Assembly: GCA_012295275.1 (NCBI GenBank)
Contig: CM022673.1
Span: 1,922,001-1,986,000 of the forward strand
Direction: 5' to 3'
Length of the DNA: 64,000 nucleotides
From: Chrysomallon squamiferum
Taxonomy: Eukaryota; Animalia; Mollusca
A program made the position numbers and the translations under genes. The notes under the pieces are model-generated. The model saw nothing but the letters and a program-made list of their open reading frames with translations. It did not search any database and was not told the DNA's origin. Of the stretch, positions 14,089-28,494 are shown in pieces (the first letter of the stretch is position 1; each line of letters begins with the position of its first letter).

Positions 14089-14710
14089 CATCATAACTGT
14101 ACAGCCGAAGTGTCTCGTTGTTGAGTGAAAAGCTCAGTTTGTTATTTCCATATCATCTATCATCCTGCCTTAAACCATCCTCTGCAGTATTCGTCTAGTT
14201 CATCCCTCCGTCCTCTTGATGGTCTATCTCAGAATCGCTTCACTCAGTGTTTTCCAAGTAATCAAACTAATGTCCATCCGTTATCTTGAATCCTATTGTT
14301 GAGCTCTTCTGTATTATAACCTGTGTAACCATCTCTTGCTTTGTTTTTTCTCTTATCAGATTTTTATTTTTTTTATTTTATTTTATTTTATTTTTTTTTT
14401 TTTTTGGTGGGGGAGAAGTTAGTGGACTCCCTTTTGTTCATCCTGAATTCCGATATATGAAGTTTAAAAAATTTGCCTTTTATCGCGTAATCTAATTGCT
14501 GAATGTACACATGAGTTGTAATCTTGTCTCTTCAAACAGTTTCCAAAGTTTCCTGTTCGCAAATACTGTCTAGCCGGACACCATTCTTCAGTGAACGTTC
14601 TTGTCTTGGTTTTTGTCACTGTACTGTAAATCTGTCTCAGACAGGCGTAGTTTTCATCATTTTCTGTCAGCATATTGTTGACATAATATTTTGGTTTGTC
14701 GTTTTTTAGA
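14087..14710 (-). mobile_element. Decayed 5'-truncated RTE-clade LINE (reverse transcriptase C-terminus)
   Basis: Minus-strand translation: YVNNMLTENDENYACLRQIYS, GNFGNCLKRQDYNSCV, IREKTK, RIQDNGWT...DRPSRGRRDELDEY...WK*QTELFTQQRDT. These are collinear with RTE ORF C-terminal motifs (YxYLGQ; LKRxVYNxCVLP; DNRWT; RGRPxxRWRD). Stops, frameshifts and a (TGA)n tail remnant are present. Confidence 0.85.
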
Positions 14711-15069
14711 ATTACCTCGTTGCTGGAGCTAGCATTAACTCGAAAGTCTGCTCGTAGGCAGTGATAGTGAAATACAAAATGTTTAACGTGAAGAGAAAGA
14801 TGACTAATAAAACGTTGAATGGTATTACTGTTTAAAACAGAAACTGAATTTTTTCTTCTTTCTGAAAAAACGAAAACAAATTTAAAAATATTAATAATAA
14901 TACAAGAATAAAGAAAGAAAGAAAAAAAAAAGAATTCGGGCGACAAATTAAAGCGTCATTAATTTCCTTTCTGAATTAATCAGTTAATGTCTTAGGATCC
15001 ATGATTTCTTTCTTTTTTTTTTTTTTTTTTTTTTTTTTATCGACCTTCACACACAAAAGAGCACGGTAG

Positions 15070-15145
15070 AGCTTCCGGTCAGAGCAACGTTAATTAAAAA
15101 ACAGTTCTAACAGGTCTGCACGGGATCCAGACGGTGGAGAAAGTT
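15070..15145 (+). repeat. Dispersed repeat family A, short partial copy 3
   Basis: GCTTCCGGTCAGAGCA, CGTTAATTAA and TGCA..CCAGACGGTGGAGAAA echo 9035-9150 in order. Confidence 0.45.
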
Positions 15146-15871
15146 TCGTAGTTCAATACACATTTCATCACAGAAACCGTCAAAATTCATGAATTGGGCA
15201 AGTTAATCCTCAAACCAAACATTTTCTTGTTCCGCGAGGGGGTATAGTTCGTGTGCGGAATTTTATTCTTTTGTTGACGGAATCTCAAATGGTAACGCGA
15301 TTGTACGAGTATTTGTAATGCAATTTCACTTGTTCATTTCCCGATTTGCCAAGTGCTCATAATTGGCTGTCGGGTTAGTGTGCATAATATGCTCTGGGAA
15401 TTAATTGTTGACTGTAATTTCCCGTTTGTAAAGAATGGCTCAGTCTTCGCTTTCAGTACTTTTGATGAAAGAATTTTCTGTTGTCATCAGCACTTTGCTT
15501 TCTTATCCGAGAGACAAGAAAATAAATAAAAACTTGTAAAATATATTTAATAAAATATACACACGTACATATATACACGTATAGATACATACATACATGC
15601 ATACATTGCAGTAATCATTATCAGTGTCGTAACTGTTATATTTATAATTATCATCTTCAACAACATCATTATCATCATCATCAGTCAACTATTTCCCCAA
15701 AACTGGTTCATTAAAACTGTATGGTTATTTTTCCTGATTTGGGAAGGTAAATATGAAAGAGTTCTACTCCCTGTTAGGAAAAAAGTAATTAAATACATAA
15801 ATAATGTTCTGGATCGTAATTACAAATCTGTACATACACAACGGTACATTTTCTGAAGTGTTTTGACTCTT

Positions 15872-15939
<68 letters not shown>

Positions 15940-17090
15940 AAACACTACTGCCTTATTAACTGCAATTTTAAATAACTTCGCCTGTGCATAAATACAAACT
16001 GTTAGGAAGGAATTATTAACGTAATAACTTTCTAAAAGAAACCGAAGGTCGTTCGGTTTATTCGAAAATAATTTATCAAAGTCTTCTTTCCAATTAAGCA
16101 AAAACTGGTTGGAAAGTTTCTATTGATTCTGGTCCTGTTTCCATCGATATTTGATGTATGCATTGAATTAAAGAAGTGAAAAATTAAGGAAGGAGCGGTA
16201 CCGTGCTCGGGACTAGAGTTCGAAATGGAAATGCGAATAATCAAAATGGCGGCCTCCCGTGGAGAATTAATTTGTAACTTTTGATCAGAATAAAATTATG
16301 CCTTACTTTGTACGTTTTCCTGCGAATGAAGTAAAAACATTTGACACAAAAAGTTAAATAATACTTGATGTGAAAAGACAAAGTGGCTTTCTCTTGCACT
16401 CAACCGATAATGTATAATAACACGTCATAAATGAGATTTTTCAAACATCTGAACACGATTGACGATTTCACACTGTCTATGATAACAGTAATCGAGGCCT
16501 GTTGATGATTAAGAGAAAAAATATAAGCGAAATGCCAGATTTATTTGATGTAGCTTATTAATTGCCAGTTACCTAAAGCCAGCCACATTTGTTAACCTGT
16601 AGAAAATACCCCAAAACACATTAACTGAATTTTGTCTTTCTCAAATTTTCGATAAATTTGTGTGCCTCCCACTAGGATTAATTTCAGGAACAGCCCTGGG
16701 CTAAAAAGCGATCGTCGTTTTCGTTCCATTATCAAGCCGGGAATAGGGCGCTGTCTAAAAATGCAAATAATATCTTGCTTGTTCCATATCAGTTAACGTA
16801 TTATTTTCTTATCGTGGAAAATTACGAATAAATTGACGTGAGGTAATGTTTCTTGTCACCGCTCTCAGAGGATTCAAAATGGTTAGAGAGTCAAAGTTAA
16901 GGTCGGTAGCACAAACACAAGATCAGGGCGAGATCACATGATTTACATGTGAAATTTAATTGCCTTTTCAACTGGTTGCACTTGAGATTTATTTGAAAAT
17001 TATGAAAATAGATATATTCTGATTACTGAAAGACATTAAAGTACTTTTAACTGTGTCAGAAAATTTCCTCTTTTTTTTTTAATCCATTTC

Positions 17091-17322
<232 letters not shown>

Positions 17323-18182
17323 CTCAAGGTTTTGCACAGAACATAAACTGCTTTTAAAGGTCTCTCACACGTGATATTTAGAAAAGGTTTTGCAAGGATG
17401 AATCTTTCATCGTCACGGCGGCACGAATTATGAGTAATATTTCGTGTTTCATCCTAGCCTACTCAACACAATGAAAAAACCTATAAACAGACGTAAATAT
17501 GGTGCTCTGTTAAATCTGTCAATATTACGACGCAAACGATGTACTTCCTCTTCCGTTCCGGAACTCTTCAATTTGAATACCTTGTGAGAATCAATCGACA
17601 TATCAATATGGTACTTTATTATAGTGGAGACTGAAAACAAGGGACATAATACATTTCTGAATGTCACTTAACTTATCACATTAATTAAAGTATGAATAAT
17701 ACTCTGGTGACTGATTATACTTTAAAACTGACAAGGGTTTATAATTTTTTTTTTCTTTCGTTTTTTTTTTCGATAATGATAAATGAAAATAATATTGATT
17801 TCTCAGTGTCTTATTTTAAATGTGCAACAGCTTCAACTAAGAAAACAATCAATTTTAAGCAGGCAATGAAAGTTTAATAACGTACATAATTTTGAATTAA
17901 ATTGTGATATTAATTTAAAATAAACCATTAAATCTACAAATAAAGCCTTGTTTGCATACGAAGAAAAAGTACACATTCACTTTACTGGTTTAAAACGTTA
18001 AGTAATCATTTGCCAGTGTGTCATAAAACTTTAAACGTACACGACATATTCCCAATGTCACGAAATCATTATTTAAAAATGTAAAGGGTATGAAAAGTTC
18101 AGTTATCAACTTTTATCATTTATTATGTCTTCCTTAGTATCTGTATGCGTATATTTTTCAGCTGTCTGTTTTACTATGTATC

Positions 18183-18310
<128 letters not shown>

Positions 18311-18985
18311 TCTCTATCTATCTATCAAAATATCTATCATAATTTTGTTGTTATGTTACATTATATTACATTATAAATTACTACATTACATTACATTACA
18401 TTACTTCAAAGTTCTGTCTTATTTATTAAAATTCCACCAAGAAGCAGACACGACCTATCTGATATGTCAAGTACATTCGATTTTTCTGTTCAGTGTTTTA
18501 CGTCAAACTTTGCGGCTAATACAAGGAGTCACTGCGACCTCATTTCTTCACTATTACAAACTAAAAGGTACTTTTATTTAATACGGTTAAGCGTTAAGCC
18601 ATATCATGTCAGAGTAGAAACACTGGATTCTCCAGAGGAACTCATTTCTATTATTCTCCATCTGCGCCGTGTGTGTTTGTATCGTAAGAAAATTGGTTAA
18701 TCGAAGGTTTAATCTTAATTTGTTTTCAGCTTGTAAGGTCGTTAAAGTGATTATCTGTATTTTATTAAAGCTTAAATTTCAGACTGAAATTCTCAGAAAT
18801 GCAGTGAGGAAAAGACATCTATATACACACAAATAAATACATATTTATTGCTGTTTATCTAGAAAACAAATTTGTTCATTCATTTATATACTCATCATAT
18901 ACATGATATAAAAGTTATGGCTATTTTGTCTTTTCAAACCTTTCTACATTTTTAGAATTTTTAAATACTCTGTTGATGCACTTGT

Positions 18986-18990
18986 TACTG

Positions 18991-19083
<93 letters not shown>

Positions 19084-19295
19084 TTACTGCTACTACTGTT
19101 AGTACAAGAACAACTAATACTGCTGCTTTTACCACCACTACTATTATTATTACAATAACGACAACTACTACTGGTATTATTACTACTATTATTACTATTA
19201 CTACTCTCATTACTACTTCTACTACTGCTACTATTACTACTATTATCACAACTACTACGGCTATTACTACTGCACACACAACTACTACAACTACT
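18986..19295. repeat. (CTA)n microsatellite with degenerate tail
   Basis: Directly visible. Confidence 0.95.
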
Positions 19296-19971
19296 GTCTC
19301 ATTAAATATGGACCATTTATTACAGATATCTGCAACATGAACCAATAACTTCGTATTCCAAAAAAACTCGCAGAAGTCACCTCGTGCAAACCGGTTGCAT
19401 GTGACCTAGATTCCAAATACAGATAACTGCGTCCATAGACAACCCAGATAAGCGCGTAAATTAATCAACCCTAATTGAGTCTTTTACTTTCGTCAATCAT
19501 CTGGAAAAGCGAAAAATGGCCGTCGCTTAACTTTCTGCACGCTCCCTCGCTCTGCGTGAGAATTACTCGCTGCCAGCTTCACACACAGCTGAACTGTGGG
19601 ATACGCAGAAAAGCACTGCGAGCAATACATCTTGAACAAAGTCCTTTTCTTCATATTTCATTCTCCGGCAGTTTATTTTCAAGACAAAAATATATAGGAT
19701 GCCAAACCGAAGTTCAGATTTCAAATAAATGATTTTTTTTTTTTTTTTTTTTTTTTTTATGTAAGTGATATTTATGGATACTGCATTTTGATATTTAAAT
19801 TTAGTAACTGATTAATTTTGTTCTTTTAAAGCGATGCTTTTCTTATTTATCTATTTCTTTCTTCTTTTTTTTTTTTTCTTTTTTTTTGGAAAAAGGATAC
19901 AGAATTGTATTTATGTCAGGTTTCTGAACAGACCATCGATTTGTCCATCAACCCAGTTATTAATCCATGAA

Positions 19972-19972
<1 letters not shown>

Positions 19973-20006
<34 letters not shown>

Positions 20007-20211
20007 TATACATGCATACATACAAACATTCATGCATACATACATACATACATACATACATACATACATACATACATACATACATACATACATACATACA
20101 TACATACATACATACATACATGCATACATACATACATACATACATACATACATACATACATACATACATACATACATACATACATACATACATACATACA
20201 TACATACATAC
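19973..20211. repeat. (CATA)n microsatellite
   Basis: Directly visible. Confidence 0.97.
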
Positions 20212-21045
20212 AGAACAGTGGCGAAGTAATTCACCGGCAAAACCACATCCGTCTATCGCTCAGAATTGGAGAATCGCAAAACCACACAGCAATAACTCTG
20301 TGAATAACAAGGCCATTGTGGTACAGTTCATTCTGAACTAAAACAGCACGTAACGTTAGCATTTATATTTCCATTCCTTAACCCATAAATAACACACACA
20401 CCCATCATACCACGTACTAAAACGGTCTATTACAGACTCTCCACTCACAGCCAGTTCTAGAGTTGTTAGGTAGGGGGGCAGCAACTCTTAATAAAAACTA
20501 ATTGTGGTCTGAGGCCATATTGGAACTGTAATTACCGTTTTATTAAATTCCTCCTTTCTTCACTGCCGGCACCGTCCAGGTGTGCAGTGACCCAGTGAGC
20601 CACATTTCAAGTATTTATAGACAAACGAATCTAATTTCGAAGTCCATCGACTGGACATTACTGCCAGGTTGCGCTACAGTTGTCAAGTGTCATCGATCTA
20701 GCATTTTATACAGCAGAAAACCACAACTACGGCGTCATCCATTTCACGAGTCGTTGCTTCTGTTTTCGCCAGTGTGCGTAGGAAAGCGTTGCTGAGGTAG
20801 TAAAAACAGTCGTATTTGAGAGATTTTGGACAGTTGTAATGAGATTCATTCGTAACTGTTAATCTTACTGTTTCTTGTTCTGCACTTTGACTCTTTGTCT
20901 GATGACTAATAATAAAAGCTGATTAAACGACTTAATGAGAAACTGATATAAAAGTTTGGTCTGTTTCTCTCTCTTTGTTGTCGTGAATCCTAAATGGTTG
21001 TTGTTTGTTAACATATACCTCTACCTGCCTGATACCTATATATAT

Positions 21046-21076
<31 letters not shown>

Positions 21077-21091
21077 ATCACACACACATAG

Positions 21092-21125
<34 letters not shown>

Positions 21126-24100
21126 ATATATACGTCTCCCTTTTGTCTATCTCTCTGTTTCTCAATCTTTCTGTTGGCTTCCTGACTACATGTCCCTCTG
21201 TCGTCATGTCCATTTGTTTCCGTTTATCTGTTTCTCTTTATCTACTGCCTGTCTCTTTACCTGTCTCTGTATGTCTCGCTGTATTTGCATGTTTTAACAT
21301 CTCTAAAGATAAAAAAAAAATTGATATGTTTATAACGTTTGTAATTTATTTATAAATATACAAATTTAGGTTTTCTTCCAAAAGATTTAAGATAATTTGA
21401 GATAATGAGAGATAATTTTATAAATATAACATAATTAAATTGTCAGTAGATAGATTACTATTTGATCAGATCAGAACGCATGGAGATAACTGAGATAACT
21501 AAGCTGGCGACTAAAGCTGTACTGAGTTCGAGTTTCTTTAAAGGTCACGGTCGAAGACGACGATGTTATGAAATTGGATAATTAAATATTGACTATGGTG
21601 ATTGGCCACTCTAATATGCAGCCCACAGACGTCATCACGTCTCATTTCCATGAGTAAGCAACGTCTACAACACTGTGTGAGAAACTCTATCTGTCCTTTC
21701 AATATGGACGCAAAAATAGCTTATAACGAGGTGATCTCGGAAGATGATAATTTGCACACATATTGACCATCGTCGACATTGTTATCCTTTGGAGCCGTTG
21801 GCGGTTTGTAAGGATAGCTCTATGAATAATAATTACGTAAATAAAAAACAGAATCGCCCAAACACATCTTCTAACGTTACGACCTTAAAACCGGAAGTAG
21901 CATATTCGCGAAGAATGTTTTTTTTTTTTTTTTTGAGGTTTTTCAGTTCTTTTTCTGAAAGGTTTCGAAAATTGTCTTGTATACTTAGCAAGAATTGCGA
22001 CAATGTGAGAGATTGTTTTTGGCACTTATTCTTCTTCTTCTTCTTCCTCTTCTTTTTCTTGTTGTTGTTGTTGTTGTCGTTGTTGTGTGGATGTTATTAT
22101 TATTATTCTTTTTTAAACATCACTAGTAGCAGCAGAAGAAGTACAGGCAATCGTAGAAATATTAATAGTATTAGTGATGGAGGTAGTATTAATATTAATA
22201 TTAGTAGCAGCAGGATTATCAGTACCAGTAGAAGTAGTAGTATTTAAATAATGATTTTTCTAGCAACCTCTCATGCAATTCTAAACTGAGAACATTGAAT
22301 ATAGTTTTATATTTTCTGCAGAAAAAAAAAAATGTCTTGTTAGACTTGTGGTTAATAATCTGCAAGCAATATTGAATTACTGAGTCAATTTGGAGTGAAT
22401 ACTAATGAGGGCAGATACTCATTCTGTCGAAAATCCAAAGGAATTTTCATTCTACGAACTTGTAGAAAATCTGTTAACAGATAAAGAGAGTGTGGTGCAA
22501 ATAAAATGTAGTCGAGTGTTATTTTATTGCATTTTCTAAATTTGTTTTCTCGAATATTTCAATTTTATATTTTATTATCTACTTCTTTGATTTAATGACT
22601 TAAAACAAAAATTTAAGGGCTTAACACTGGGAAATAAATCTTTTATTATCTAACTTTGCATTTGGACAATTTGTACTGTATGTGTAATCAGTAGTAAACT
22701 TTAATATGGAACCAAAGCTTAGACAGAATGGAGATTTTGCAATATTGTTCTATACATTGAATACTAATAGCAAAAATATTAACAAAAATATGTAGATGAG
22801 TAGTCAATCATGATGATCGTACATACTATGCAAACCTTAAACATAATAACAAAAATAAAGTATCGTTGTCCTTATATCACTTAATGTTCTTTGTCATGCC
22901 TTATAAACGATTCTGAATAACTTGTAACATTATCCTCATTAATTAAATTTGTGAACAAATAGTATTAGATTAATAAATAATAAATGTAAATCATTTTGTA
23001 AGAATCTTTTTTCAAGTATTCTGTATACGAAATTAATTATTCAATCCACTCTATAGCTTTCGCCAGCATTTAGACAGAAATGTACAGACAAATAGACGGA
23101 AAGATAAGTGGACATATGGGTGAATGCATGGATGGATGGATGAATGAACGGACGCTTGGACGGAAATGCATGGACAAACAGACATGCAGAAGACATACAG
23201 AAAGATAGACCGCTCTTTGCTTTCAGTCTGCATGACTGATACATATCGATGTCTTTATCTTGTTTTAGTGCAGGTACATCATCATTTGGAATGCTGTCAT
23301 GATAATAACGAAAATGGGCGAAAAATGTCTTCTTCATCCACTTTTCCTCGTCTGACAGCCAATTACAATGAGTGATGATATTCAACAACTGTTTCGTGGC
23401 AATAATTGAATTCGGCCTGTCTTTTCGCGATCGCTGGTAGAGAGGTGAACACATCAATTGCTTAAATAGCTGAGGGAAAATGGCACGCCAGGGAATCACA
23501 GTCTCAATAATTTTCTGTCTCTTGAGGTTGTGTTTTAGCTAATGGATGGCTTTCCCGAGCTTTGCAGAGGGAGGTACGCCCACCATTCAACAGAAAGAAA
23601 CAACATCAGTTTAATGTAGACGTCATTTGATGAAAAGGAAATGTCAGTTTTTTTGTGAAATATTTCAGATTACTGACGGGAAGATGCTCATTCTGATGTA
23701 ATCGTTTAGAACAGTGAAGTAATTATATCTTCCATAAACACAAATGTATGGTCCATGTAGACAAATAAACCGACAGATGGTCAGCGATGATATATATTCT
23801 CTCTCTCTCTCTGTTTCTCTTCCTCTCTGTCTTTCCGTCTGTGTGTCTTTATGTCCTCTGTGACTCTTTCACTCTCTCTCTCTCTTTTTATATCTCTGTC
23901 GCTCTCTTTCTCTCTCTGTCTTTCTGTTTGTTTCTGTGTGTCTATCTGTATGTAACGGATAAATAATTTATTAAATAATATACTTTGAGCATGGCCTGAA
24001 CTATATAGTACAGCCAAATAAGCAGTATATTTATGAATACGGGTGGTGATTGTTTTTCTCTTCTTCTTTTTCTTATCATTACCCTCATTACGTACATAGC

Positions 24101-25316
24101 AATACAAACGATATCCTGGTCTTTGCCCTCTGTCCTACATCCAACCCTTTCCTTTCACTTTTTCTAAACGGAAATACTTAAGGCATTTTTCTGACCCACA
24201 TTCTCCCACGTCGTCACTTTATCGTTGTGGAGTGGAAGAGATTTCTAATTAACTCTGTTACATTCCGCGGAGATGAACAAAAATGTTTATCTGTCATTTT
24301 TAATCAAGTGTTGTCATTCGTAATTACTGTGAAACATTTTCGTGCTCGTATTATTAAATTCTTTATGCGTATAAATTATAACGCTGACTGGGTAATTCAG
24401 CTTATAAGACATTTATTAGGTATATCATATCTTTGAGCTATTTCCGTTACAGCGCTCGGTAAAATTTCATCAATGGAGAGTAGAAATTAAGTGTGTGGTT
24501 ATTTTTTTGCAATAGTCTTATTTTATTTTATTTTTTTTTTTTTATTTTTGCTGATATAACTCTGTTGATGCATATGTCACTTACCTATGTTTATTATTTT
24601 ATTATTATTATTATTATTATTAGTGTCGTAGTTTTTGTTGTTGCTGTATTTTGCTCTTGCTTAAAGGCAGCCTCTATGCATCTCTGATAACATATTCTAT
24701 ATTTAGCAAAATTTAGTCTCCACTAAGTAATAAATCAGTTCATTTTTATTTACAGGCTCTTAGCCAGCAACATCAGTCAAATATTTAACAAAAGTGTATA
24801 AACATCTTATGAAATAGTCTTTTGATACGTAACTTCAGAGGTAAAACATTAAGCACCCACCCTCTTTGTACCTTTGTCTTTTTTATGTATGTCTGTCTGC
24901 CTGTCTGTCTGTCTGCCTGCTGATGTGTGTATGCATGTGTCTGTCTTCAGACATCATTTCTATACGGAGTCGATAAGTCATTTTTCAACGTCTCGGGGAA
25001 TTTTGGAAGAAAAGTCAATATGGCCGCCAATCAAGAAACCAAGAGTCTGCGAAAATAATGGATAACCAAGCGCTAGAAAGCTAAAGAAATCTATTTATGC
25101 AGGCTGGATTATTTACAACTGGGTAGTCGTTTTGTCGATTTCTGATATGCTGAGGTTTGATCTTTGCGGTAATTACAGGAATCTAACGAAATCAAGTTAT
25201 GTAAAAGAAACACAATGACAACCCGGGATTTACGCTCTGGAAAGTTGCATCTGTTTCTCTAAGACGTCTGCGGACAGTGTAGCAGTTTCTCATATGCACC
25301 TTTAGGTTTATTCTGT

Positions 25317-25407
25317 CGAACGTAAAGTTACGATTAATCTAAGTGTAATGTATTAATATCTGATATCTAACTTTATGTTTATTGGAACGAACGTAAAGTT
25401 ACGATTA
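25317..25407. repeat. 20-bp exact direct repeat, 71 bp apart
   Basis: CGAACGTAAAGTTACGATTA at 25317-25336 and 25388-25407. Confidence 0.9.
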
Positions 25408-26344
25408 GAATTACGGTGAAATTCTTGAATTTCGTTTCCTCTGTCTTGGAAATGATTGTCTTATTTGTTTGATACTGGTTCGTATTGTTGTATTTTTATT
25501 ATTATTTTTTTGGCTAATAAGAAAATAAGATTATAATAAGAATAAAAAAATGAAGCGAAAATATAGTCATACCGATTAGTTTTGTTTTTGCTTGTGTCAC
25601 AAGTTCAAATATATCAAAAAGAGAAAGAAAGCAATATCATTCATTCATTGTGAAAGGATCATAGATATGCACTTTTTTTATAGCGGAAGATTAGAAGTGG
25701 AAGGATTTTAAAAAGTTTTTCTTTTTTTCTTTCTATGCTGTTTCAGGATTTGTTTTCAATTTATTCATTTATTTTTGCTTGTTATTATTTTTTGTTTTGA
25801 TTATTTTTTTTCCTCACTAATTTTCAAAAAACAATTAAATATAGCACGGACTCAGACGAGCAGAAAAGTAAAATTACATTAACAAACATAATCTTAATAG
25901 AAAACATAAAAAAAATCAATATTTTCTTATCCACAGTTTTGTTAACATAATTATCGAAATGTTAAATAGTCTAATGTGCGATATTTTTGTCACCACAAAC
26001 TGGATTAGTACTGAAAACTCGGTTTTAATTTTTTTTTCATTATCATTTTCTTTTCTCTTTTTTTTTTAAATTTAATTTATTTTTTAATTTCATTTTGTTT
26101 TTTTATTTATAAATATCATATTCCAGTTTCAGTTCTTTTTACATTTGTTTATTTGTAGTACTAGTAACAGTTATTGTAGTAGTATTAGTAGTAGTAGTTG
26201 CAGTAGCAGAAGTAATAGTGGTCATTGTAGTAGTGGTAGTACTAATAATTATATTAGCAGTAGTCATAACAAGAAATAACTGTAGTAGTAGTAATGGTAG
26301 TAGTAGTAATAGTAGTACTACTAGAAAGTAGTAGTAGAAACCGT

Positions 26345-26875
26345 AGTGGTAACTGTAACAGTAGTCGGAATCATTGTAGTGGTAGTGGTAGTAGTGAAAA
26401 TGATGGTAGTGGTGATCAGTGTTGTGGTAGTGGTAGTAGTTGTAGTAACAGTGGTGGTATTGGTAATCATTGTAGTGGTAGTGGTGGTAGTAGTAGTAGT
26501 GAAAATGATGGTAGTGGTGATCAGTGTTGTGGTAGTGGTAGTAGTTGTAGTAACAGTGGTGGTATTGGTAATCATTGTAGTGGTAGTGGTGGTAGTAGTA
26601 GTAGTGAAAATGATGGTAGTGGTGATCAGTGTTGTGGTAGTGGTAGTAGTTGTAGTAACAGTGGTGGTATTGGTAATCATTGTAGTGGTAGTGGTGGTAG
26701 TGGTAGTAGTGAAAATGATTGTAGTGGTGATCAGTGTTGTGGTAGTGGTAGTAGTTGTAGTAACAGTGGTGTATTGGTAATCACTGTAGTGGTAGTGGTG
26801 GTAGTAGTAGTAGTGAAAATGATGGTAGTGGTGATCAGTGCTGTGGTAGTAGTTGTAGTAACAGTGGTGGTAATA
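26345..26875. repeat. 105-bp minisatellite built from GTA/GTG triplets, about 5 copies
   Basis: GAAAATGAT anchors at 26396, 26501, 26606, 26711 and 26815 (periods 105, 105, 105, 104). Confidence 0.95.
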
Positions 26876-26933
26876 GTAGCAGTACCAGATTAGTGATTTA
26901 ACTCGCCACACTAATATTTAGTATTACAGAGGC

Positions 26934-26970
<37 letters not shown>

Positions 26971-27595
26971 TATATTTTTTTTCTACTGTCTGCAATTTAA
27001 AGATCAAAGGTAGACAAAGACTAATTTGTTAAAGTTCAAAGAATTTCAAGTATTCGTTATGTCATTGTTAAATTTAAAACACCTGCTCTTAGAGTGGGTG
27101 TTTGAATAAGGCGGATGCTAAGTCGGGCCCACTATTTTTTTTAACAACACATATTTTTTTTTATTGCTTTATAATAAAATTAATTTCTGAAATCCTGGAT
27201 TTTTATTATTCGTATTATTGTTACTATTATTAGAGGTAGTAGCAATAGTAGTAGTATTAGTAGCAGTATTAGTAGCAGTAGTATAGTAGCAGCAGCAGCA
27301 GCAGTAGTAGTAATATGCTTTTATAATGGTTCTTGTTGTAATAATTTATTATTCATCGCAAAGTTCAATAATGAACAATTATTACTGTTAAAATGTCATC
27401 ACTGAATGTATATCAGTTGGATACATTATTTTTTTCTTAAGAAAAAAAAAGGAGAAAAAATTAAAAGAATGCTGAAGAAACAAATTTGTTTCTAAATTCA
27501 TTCACCTGCAAACATTAACCAAACAATTATATTATTCAGGGGAAGAAACTCCGATTGTTAATACTTTTGATTCTGAAGCAGTTATTGCCCTTGTC

Positions 27596-27653
<58 letters not shown>

Positions 27654-28494
27654 CACACACCTCTACACGCACACGAACGCACGCACACGCACACGAACAC
27701 ACACACACATTTAGATAATAAAATAAACAAATAAAATAAAATAAAATAAATAAATACATAACAAATAAGTAAATATAAAAGTAACAGAAGAAAGAAAGGT
27801 AAAAAGAAAAAAATAAGTAGCTATATCTATCTCACAAACTCATTTCTTTTTTTCTTTTTTTTTCTTCTAACTTTTTTTACTCGTAGCAATTTAAAAAAAA
27901 AGATTATTAACAAGTTTTAGAAAATATATTTTATTTTATTTTATCGGCAGTCTACGTAACATCATTTACATATTTATTTTATTTCTCATGTCTGTAATTG
28001 TATATTTTTTACATTTCAGACCATTTAACATTTATATATATATATATAAAACTTTTCGGTTACATTTTTTTTAAACAGTAATCCATTAATCACAGCAAAG
28101 GTGCTGTTTAATTTAATGTTACTTTTTTTAATTTCATTTTTTTATCTATTATTTTTATCTTTTCACGTATGAGAACAAAACTAAGTTACACATGAAAAAG
28201 TTTAATATAGATTAGAAAACTGCATGAAAAACACTTTTCTCTCAAAGTGTCAACACGGAACAAACGTGTTTGGTTAGATTCTTGATTCGTATGATATTAT
28301 CTTCGTAATTTACGACAGTTTGCATTGTTTTATTTTACATATATTTTTTTAAATGTATTTTATAAATGATACATTTTTTTAAGAACACAAAATATAAATG
28401 AATTTTCGACTAATCGTAGATTGACTTAAGTACGCATTTTATTTTCTTGCCTTAAATAGATGACTGAAATAGATATACTGTATTTTATTTAAAG

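Noticed and set aside
23041-23499. 152-aa minus-strand ORF
   Set aside because: Non-ATG start, partly low-complexity, no recognisable domain or matching splice pair.
26294-26893. 199-aa Cys/Gly/Ser repeat ORF (keratin-associated or metallothionein-like look)
   Set aside because: It is a triplet-derived minisatellite with a frameshifting unit, several frames are open, and no splice context is evident.
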